Assembly (NCBI GenBank): GCA_049599895.1
Contig: JBMYPC010000026.1
Coordinates: forward strand, 1-28,559
Direction of reading: 5' to 3'
DNA from: Bacteriovoracaceae bacterium
Lineage (GTDB): Bacteria > Bdellovibrionota > Bacteriovoracia > Bacteriovoracales > Bacteriovoracaceae
Length of the DNA: 28,559 nt
Translations under genes and position numbers: made by a program
In this document: positions 23,468-28,559 of the stretch, in pieces
Numbering within the stretch: the stretch's first letter is position 1
Layout: each line of letters starts with the position of its first letter
Notes under the pieces: generated by a model
Databases searched by the model: none
What the model was told of the DNA's origin: nothing
What the model saw: the letters and a program-made list of their open reading frames with translations, nothing else

Positions 23468-24517
23468 ATGAAGATTTTAATCAATCGATCAGATGCTATT
23501 GGTGATAGCCTTCTGACTCTTCCCATTTGCCGTTACCTCAAAGAACATTTTCCCAATATTGAAATCATTTATGTATGCTCGAAACGCTCTCAAGAAGTTT
23601 TTTCTTTAATTGGTGATATCGATAAAGTTGTTCTCGATGATAAATCATTATCAGTTGTAAAACGATTTTGTTTGTTGTTTCAAATGCTTCTTAAAGAAAA
23701 GCCTGACTATTATCTCTACTTAGGAGGAGGGCATCTTCTGTCCTTTATTAGTTTTTTGTTGAGAGTTCCTTTAAGAGGCGGTTTACAGTCTAAGTTAAGC
23801 TCATTTCTTTTTCTTAATAGAGGGGTTCGCCAAAGTCGAAGTCGCGAACCTAAGCATGAGAGTGAATGGAATTTAGAAACATTGGTTCCGTTTGATTTAG
23901 TGAAAGGTGAAATCCAAACAATTTGGAATTATCCTCCAACCGTCCATCATGATCAATTTGATTCCAATTTTCATTTTGAAGTTTCAAAGGATCAAAAGCT
24001 TATTGTGGTTCATCCGGGAATGACAGGTCATTCCTTAAACTGGAGCTCTTCGAATTATGCAGGTTTTATAAAAAGTCTTGTTCTTAAGCTTAAGGAGGAC
24101 TCTTTTAAAATTGTGATTTCCTATACTCCATCAGATCTTAGATACGTAGACCCTTTAAAAGAACTTTTAAAAGATGAAGACTTTTATAGTTCTCTGGTTT
24201 GGTTTGATGGTTCTGTGAAAGGCCTTAAAGACTATATGCATTTACTGAAAAAAGCCGACCTCTTTATTGGACCCAGCACAGGAACCACTCATTTAGCATC
24301 AATCCTTGATGTGAAAACAATTGGCTTTTATTCTCCTATTAAGGCCCAGTCTGTAGAGCGATGGGGACCTCTTAAAATGAAAGATTTAAGGAGAAACTGG
24401 GTTTTCTCTCCTCCTCGGAGCTCTCTTCATGGTGGTAATGACAGTCAGTGTATGGATATGATTAAAATTGAGCCCGTTGTGGACAAGGCCTTAGAATTTT
24501 TAGAAAATGAGGCTTAA
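23468..24517 (+). CDS. glycosyltransferase family 9 (LPS heptosyltransferase-like)
   Basis: N-terminal KILINRSDAIGDSLLTLP, VHPG and FIGPSTGTTHLAS motifs; next to the heptose kinase gene. Confidence 0.88.
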   Translation: MKILINRSDAIGDSLLTLPICRYLKEHFPNIEIIYVCSKRSQEVFSLIGDIDKVVLDDKSLSVVKRFCLLFQMLLKEKPDYYLYLGGGHLLSFISFLLRVPLRGGLQSKLSSFLFLNRGVRQSRSREPKHESEWNLETLVPFDLVKGEIQTIWNYPPTVHHDQFDSNFHFEVSKDQKLIVVHPGMTGHSLNWSSSNYAGFIKSLVLKLKEDSFKIVISYTPSDLRYVDPLKELLKDEDFYSSLVWFDGSVKGLKDYMHLLKKADLFIGPSTGTTHLASILDVKTIGFYSPIKAQSVERWGPLKMKDLRRNWVFSPPRSSLHGGNDSQCMDMIKIEPVVDKALEFLENEA

Positions 24518-24551
24518 AGACACAGTGTTTCTGGGAAGAGAAGGATAAACG

Positions 24552-25574
24552 ATGAGTTTTGAAGTTATGAATGAAGAACGTTTTAGCCAGTTAGTAAATA
24601 ACTTTAGTGATTTAAAACCACTCATGGTTCTTGGTGATGTGGGGATTGATAAATATACTTTTGGTTCAGTGGACAGAATTTCACCTGAGGCCCCGGTACC
24701 AGTTTTAAATGTCAAAAAGGAATGGCTAAAACTTGGAATGGCCGCAAATATTACTCATAACCTTCAGACTCTTAATGTTCCTTCAACCCTTTTTGGAGTT
24801 ATTGGTGATGATAATCATGCCAATGTTTTTGAGGAGCTTCTTGAAGAGCAAGGTCTTAAAACTTGGGGACTTGTTCGAAGTGAAAAGAGAAAGACAACTT
24901 TTAAAGAAAGAATTCTCACTGACACTCAACAGATCTGTCGGGTCGATTATGAATCTCTAGGCCCTTTGACTAATGAGCAAACAGAAGACCTTAAAAAGCG
25001 CTTGGATGACCTTTCTGAAAATCACTCAGCAATTATTATTGAAGACTACGCCAAAGGGACTTTGAGTGAAGATCTTTGCCAATTCGCAATAAAACTTTTT
25101 AGAGACAAAAATATTCTTGTGGCCGTTGATCCTGGAAGAGATATTCCTGCGAGATTTTATCGAGGGGCCAATCTTTTAAAGCCAAACTTAAAAGAGGCGC
25201 TACTTCTCACTCGCTCTCTTGGTTTCAATATTAAAGACCCAAGTGAAGCCGCTAAAGTTTTAGCTCACGAGCTTGAAATTGATTATATTGTCATCACTCT
25301 TGGTGGAGAAGGAATTCTTCTTTTTGAAAGAGAGAGTAAAAAAGAAACTCTCATTCCTACGATTCCAACGGAAGTTTATGATGTCAGTGGTGCAGGGGAT
25401 ACTGTCATTAGTTTACTCACATCTTCACTTCTTTCTGGCGCGACCCATGAAGAGGCCTGTGTCATCGCAAACTGTGGGGCAGGAGTTGTGGTTGGAAAAT
25501 CAGGTACTGCCACTGTCGATCAAGCTGAGCTGAAAAGATTCTTTCAAAAGTACCGTGAATTCATTGTCGGCTAG
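24552..25574 (+). CDS. rfaE1: D-glycero-beta-D-manno-heptose-7-phosphate kinase (stand-alone HldE/RfaE kinase domain, PfkB family)
   Basis: GDVGIDKY..G.VDRISPEAPVPV, DYAKG, VYDVSGAGDTVIS and AGVVVGK.GTA motifs. No adenylyltransferase domain is fused. Confidence 0.92.
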   Translation: MSFEVMNEERFSQLVNNFSDLKPLMVLGDVGIDKYTFGSVDRISPEAPVPVLNVKKEWLKLGMAANITHNLQTLNVPSTLFGVIGDDNHANVFEELLEEQGLKTWGLVRSEKRKTTFKERILTDTQQICRVDYESLGPLTNEQTEDLKKRLDDLSENHSAIIIEDYAKGTLSEDLCQFAIKLFRDKNILVAVDPGRDIPARFYRGANLLKPNLKEALLLTRSLGFNIKDPSEAAKVLAHELEIDYIVITLGGEGILLFERESKKETLIPTIPTEVYDVSGAGDTVISLLTSSLLSGATHEEACVIANCGAGVVVGKSGTATVDQAELKRFFQKYREFIVG

Positions 25575-26106
25575 CTTGAAAGTCAAAAAAGAAGACATAG
25601 GCTTTTATCTTTGGGGCATTCTTTATCGGAGTGATCTCTATAATCTTGATGAAATCATGCTAAAGGTCTTTGAATTTTCTGGCCTTACTTATGATCCTCA
25701 AAAAATTGAAATCTTTTATCATGATCATGTTGATGCTACTGAGTACTATTCAAAAGAGATGGGGGAACAGGATCAGCTTAAAAAAGTCGTCGTGATTAAT
25801 AAAGACGTGAGAGTGTCTCAAGATCTCATTGATCTAAAGTTCGCTGCAGATAAAATTGAGAACTTTTTCGGCCATGATCAAAATCGAATGGTCAATATTG
25901 ACCCAGGAATTCTTAAAAAACACCAAGTGCTTCTTACGAGTCACAAAAACTACACTCATAGGCTTCAAGTCCACGAGAATGTTTACCTTGAGTTAGAGCT
26001 TCTTTTTCAAGAGAAGAAGTTTACACCTTTAAAATGGACTTATTCTGACTATAAAGAAGAAGGTCTTCTTCGATTTCTAGAAAAACACAGAAAAGATTTA
26101 ATCTAA
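25555..26106 (+). CDS. DUF4416-family protein
   Basis: TEYYSKEMG, RMVNIDPG, KNYTHR and WTYSDY motifs resemble DUF4416. The GTG start overlaps the end of the kinase gene. Confidence 0.7.
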   Translation: MNSLSASLKVKKEDIGFYLWGILYRSDLYNLDEIMLKVFEFSGLTYDPQKIEIFYHDHVDATEYYSKEMGEQDQLKKVVVINKDVRVSQDLIDLKFAADKIENFFGHDQNRMVNIDPGILKKHQVLLTSHKNYTHRLQVHENVYLELELLFQEKKFTPLKWTYSDYKEEGLLRFLEKHRKDLI

Positions 26107-27219
26107 AAGAAACTTTAATGGAATGTGAAGCCTTCTTGCCCAATCTGTTTCTGTATGGTCTGTGTACTTGTAGGTGAAATACTGAAATTGACCTTTAGGA
26201 AGACGTCTTGAAAGTTCATCGATGAAAATCCGATTGGCCCTAAAGAAAAACTTATCCATCCCTTGATCACCATGATCGAGATAAATTCGATTGTCTAAAG
26301 GCAGTGTCGGGACTGAGTTGAGAAAGCGAAAAAGCATGTTGCTAAAGAAGCCTGCATGAAAGGCAAGACCAGCAGCTCTTCCAAAAACGTCTGGGTAAAG
26401 CCAGAGTGTTGTAAAAGAAATGATTGATCCATAAGAAGAGCCTAATAAAAAACTATTTTTTTTGTCAGGAAGAGTTCTAAAACTTCGATCAATAAGTGGC
26501 TTAACTGTTTTGACTAAAAATTTCGAATAAAGATGGCCTTGGTCTTCGTAATTAAACTCACGACCCCTTTCTTTATGATAGATCCCTACAACGATGGCAT
26601 CTCTGACAAGACCTTCTTTCACCATTTTTGAAAGCCGATCATCCATAGACCAGTCAACGCCGTAAGCAGTCTCTTTATAGTCAAAGCTATTCTGTCCATC
26701 GTGCATATAGATCACTGGATAGGCCTTGTTCGAGTGATGATAGTCATCAGGCAGGCGAACTACGATCTTTCTTTTATTGTTGAGCTCTGGTGAGTAGAAG
26801 TCATCAAACTCTTGGAAGTTTCCAACTTTCTTGAGTTCCCCAAAGTCTGTCCAATTGACGACATTAATGATCTCTATTTTTAAAGACCTTTCTTTGAAAA
26901 AAGCTTTTGGCGCAATCTTGCTTCCAGAGGAATCGCTTGCAAAGGTTTGTTCATTTCCTCTTGAAATCGAGAGCTCTCCAAGCTGAGACCTTGATAGGTT
27001 AAACTGCCATTGATTGAGAGAAAGTTTAATGCCTGAAATACAATCAGGTTTTTGCGTGCAAGCTGAAGACGAACTTGTGACAAAGATTTTTGCGTCTTTT
27101 GGCGTATTAAAGGGGGTATTAACAATAAGTTTATAAGGAGTTGGCTCTTGCATTTTTTGTCCATAGGCCAAAGGAAAAAAGAAAACACTGGTTAAGATCA
27201 GAAATAGGGCTTTGTTCAT
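26098..27219 (-). CDS. exported alpha/beta hydrolase (IroE/Fes-like putative esterase) with small N-terminal beta domain
   Basis: Signal peptide; YPVIYMHDGQNSF, nucleophile elbow GSSYG, IYLDHG and H.E..WARR motifs. Confidence 0.88.
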   Translation of the reverse strand: MNKALFLILTSVFFFPLAYGQKMQEPTPYKLIVNTPFNTPKDAKIFVTSSSSACTQKPDCISGIKLSLNQWQFNLSRSQLGELSISRGNEQTFASDSSGSKIAPKAFFKERSLKIEIINVVNWTDFGELKKVGNFQEFDDFYSPELNNKRKIVVRLPDDYHHSNKAYPVIYMHDGQNSFDYKETAYGVDWSMDDRLSKMVKEGLVRDAIVVGIYHKERGREFNYEDQGHLYSKFLVKTVKPLIDRSFRTLPDKKNSFLLGSSYGSIISFTTLWLYPDVFGRAAGLAFHAGFFSNMLFRFLNSVPTLPLDNRIYLDHGDQGMDKFFFRANRIFIDELSRRLPKGQFQYFTYKYTDHTETDWARRLHIPLKFLLD

Positions 27220-27313
27220 AGTGAGAAGTACCTGCTTGTGGATAGATCAAACGGACAAGAGAGTGCTTCCTTAGAGAGCTTATGACAAGGCACATTGTTT
27301 CAAGTGTTTAATT

Positions 27314-28558
27314 TTATGCTTTTGGGGCTTCTTCTGCTGCCTCTTCGATGGCCTCATCAACGATTTCAAGTGGAATCTCTTTATCGTTATATCTGATAGT
27401 CGTGAGGTCTTGCTCCGTAATAATATCAGATAGGTAGGCATCTTCAGCAAGCTCTTTTCGAAACTTTGGATGAGAGATCTTGATAAGCGCTAAGGCCCTC
27501 TCTCTTTCGCTTTTATTTTTAAGAACCGCGATACCATATTCTGTCACCACATGGCTGACGTTCTCGTGAGGAGTTGTAATGGAGTCACCATAAAGATTAA
27601 GTGCGATTGTTGAAATTTCTCCCATTTTGGCTGTTGAGCGAATCGCGATAATTGATTTACCTTGCTTTGAAAGTTTTGCTCCTTGCATGAACTCTGCTTG
27701 TCCACCTGGGCTACTAATTCTTGCGTTGTTTGGTCCCATTGTTGCGTTGACATCACCTTTGAGATTGACTTGAAGAGCCGTATTTACTGCGTGCATTCTG
27801 TTTTTCTTAGAAATCTTTGCAATATCATTAACTTCAAGAGTTGAGGCAAATTCAACTTTTTGGTTACCATCGAGCCATTTGTAAAAATCTGTTGAACCAA
27901 AAGCAAATCCTGTTTTAATTCTTTCAACATTGCCATTTTCAACCATATTCATTGCCGAATCTGAGATCATTTCAGAATACATTTTTATTCGTTGAGTTCC
28001 TTTGGCCTTAATAGCGTCAGGAAGACCATTAAAGAGGTTTCCAATTCCGATCTGAAGGTTGGCATCATTTGGAATTAATTCAGCGACATATTCACCAATC
28101 GCTTTCTCCACTGGAGTATAGGGGACAACGACAGGTCCTGCGAGTTGAGAGTCACTGTGATAGCTTGCAAAAAAGCGATGACCTTTGATTTTATTCGTTC
28201 CTCGAGTCCTTGGCACATTCGGATTAATTTCAGCAATGATTTTAACGTTGGGCTGTCTTTCAATTAAGGTCATAATCATATCGTGATTGGGTCCAAGACT
28301 GTGGTAACCATTCTCATCTGGAGGGGAAACTCGGACAGCAACGATGTCGTATTTGTATTCAGGGTCTCTATTGTGAATTCCAACTGCTGCATCTCTTAGG
28401 TAACCTGGGGTATATTCTACTTTTCCTTGTTTATGAAGTTGTCTCGCGTTTCCACCTAGGAATAGGGCATTGAGTTTAAACTTTTTTTCATCACCTAGCT
28501 TTTCGGGATTTGCCTCTACTGAGGAAAGGAAGGAACCATTTATCTCATAGGCCAGTAC
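27314..28558 (-). CDS. acetyl-CoA hydrolase/transferase (4-hydroxybutyrate CoA-transferase-like), 5' end outside the window
   Basis: LQIGIG, SEM (catalytic Glu), NTALQVNLKG, SSPGGQAEF and VVTEYGIA motifs. The frame stays open upstream of 28279 (…VSPPDENGYHSLG…) towards the window edge. Confidence 0.92.
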   Translation of the reverse strand, partial: VLAYEINGSFLSSVEANPEKLGDEKKFKLNALFLGGNARQLHKQGKVEYTPGYLRDAAVGIHNRDPEYKYDIVAVRVSPPDENGYHSLGPNHDMIMTLIERQPNVKIIAEINPNVPRTRGTNKIKGHRFFASYHSDSQLAGPVVVPYTPVEKAIGEYVAELIPNDANLQIGIGNLFNGLPDAIKAKGTQRIKMYSEMISDSAMNMVENGNVERIKTGFAFGSTDFYKWLDGNQKVEFASTLEVNDIAKISKKNRMHAVNTALQVNLKGDVNATMGPNNARISSPGGQAEFMQGAKLSKQGKSIIAIRSTAKMGEISTIALNLYGDSITTPHENVSHVVTEYGIAVLKNKSERERALALIKISHPKFRKELAEDAYLSDIITEQDLTTIRYNDKEIPLEIVDEAIEEAAEEAPKA

Positions 28559-28559
28559 T

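Noticed and set aside
27237..27245. DnaA-box-like CTATCCACA on the minus strand
   Set aside because: A single mismatched copy with no cluster or origin-associated genes.
1851..28263. Numerous 60-140 aa ORFs nested in or antisense to larger genes (e.g. 1851..2105, 7070..7351, 7765..8187, 20278..20595, 21825..22067, 26880..27188)
   Set aside because: They overlap well-supported CDSs almost entirely and show no recognisable motifs, so I treated them as shadow ORFs.
28280..28559. Apparent non-coding region after the ORF-track start at 28279
   Set aside because: The same frame stays open and encodes conserved CoA-transferase sequence (VSPPDENGYHSLG); the gene is cut by the window edge.

Overview
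AT-rich, gene-dense bacterial chromosomal segment. The gene content and the large Cys-rich secreted proteins suggest a predatory Bdellovibrionota (Bacteriovoracaceae/Halobacteriovorax-like) origin; this is inference only. Left to right: a three-gene RHH-DUF4160-DUF2442 toxin-antitoxin-like operon; an exported hypothetical protein; a putA-proC-hotdog thioesterase operon; Nif3/YbgI, TPR and small membrane protein genes; a structured intergenic region; two large secreted proteins (960 and 619 aa) sharing a C-terminal IFxxI[ST]xRY motif and flanking an acyl-CoA thioesterase and an M15 D,D-peptidase; an HExxH protease; a SAM methyltransferase and MscS; a small basic secreted protein with a GGA-hairpin leader; YyaL; an SLT lytic transglycosylase; cmk-GT9-heptose kinase-DUF4416; an esterase; and a 5'-truncated acetyl-CoA hydrolase/transferase. 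I saw no rRNA, tRNA, CRISPR array, transposase or integrase. The best leads are the shared C-terminal motif (a possible effector family), two variant sigma54-like promoters with structured leaders (one CsrA-site-like), a GC-rich rod-shaped ncRNA candidate and the tripartite TA locus.
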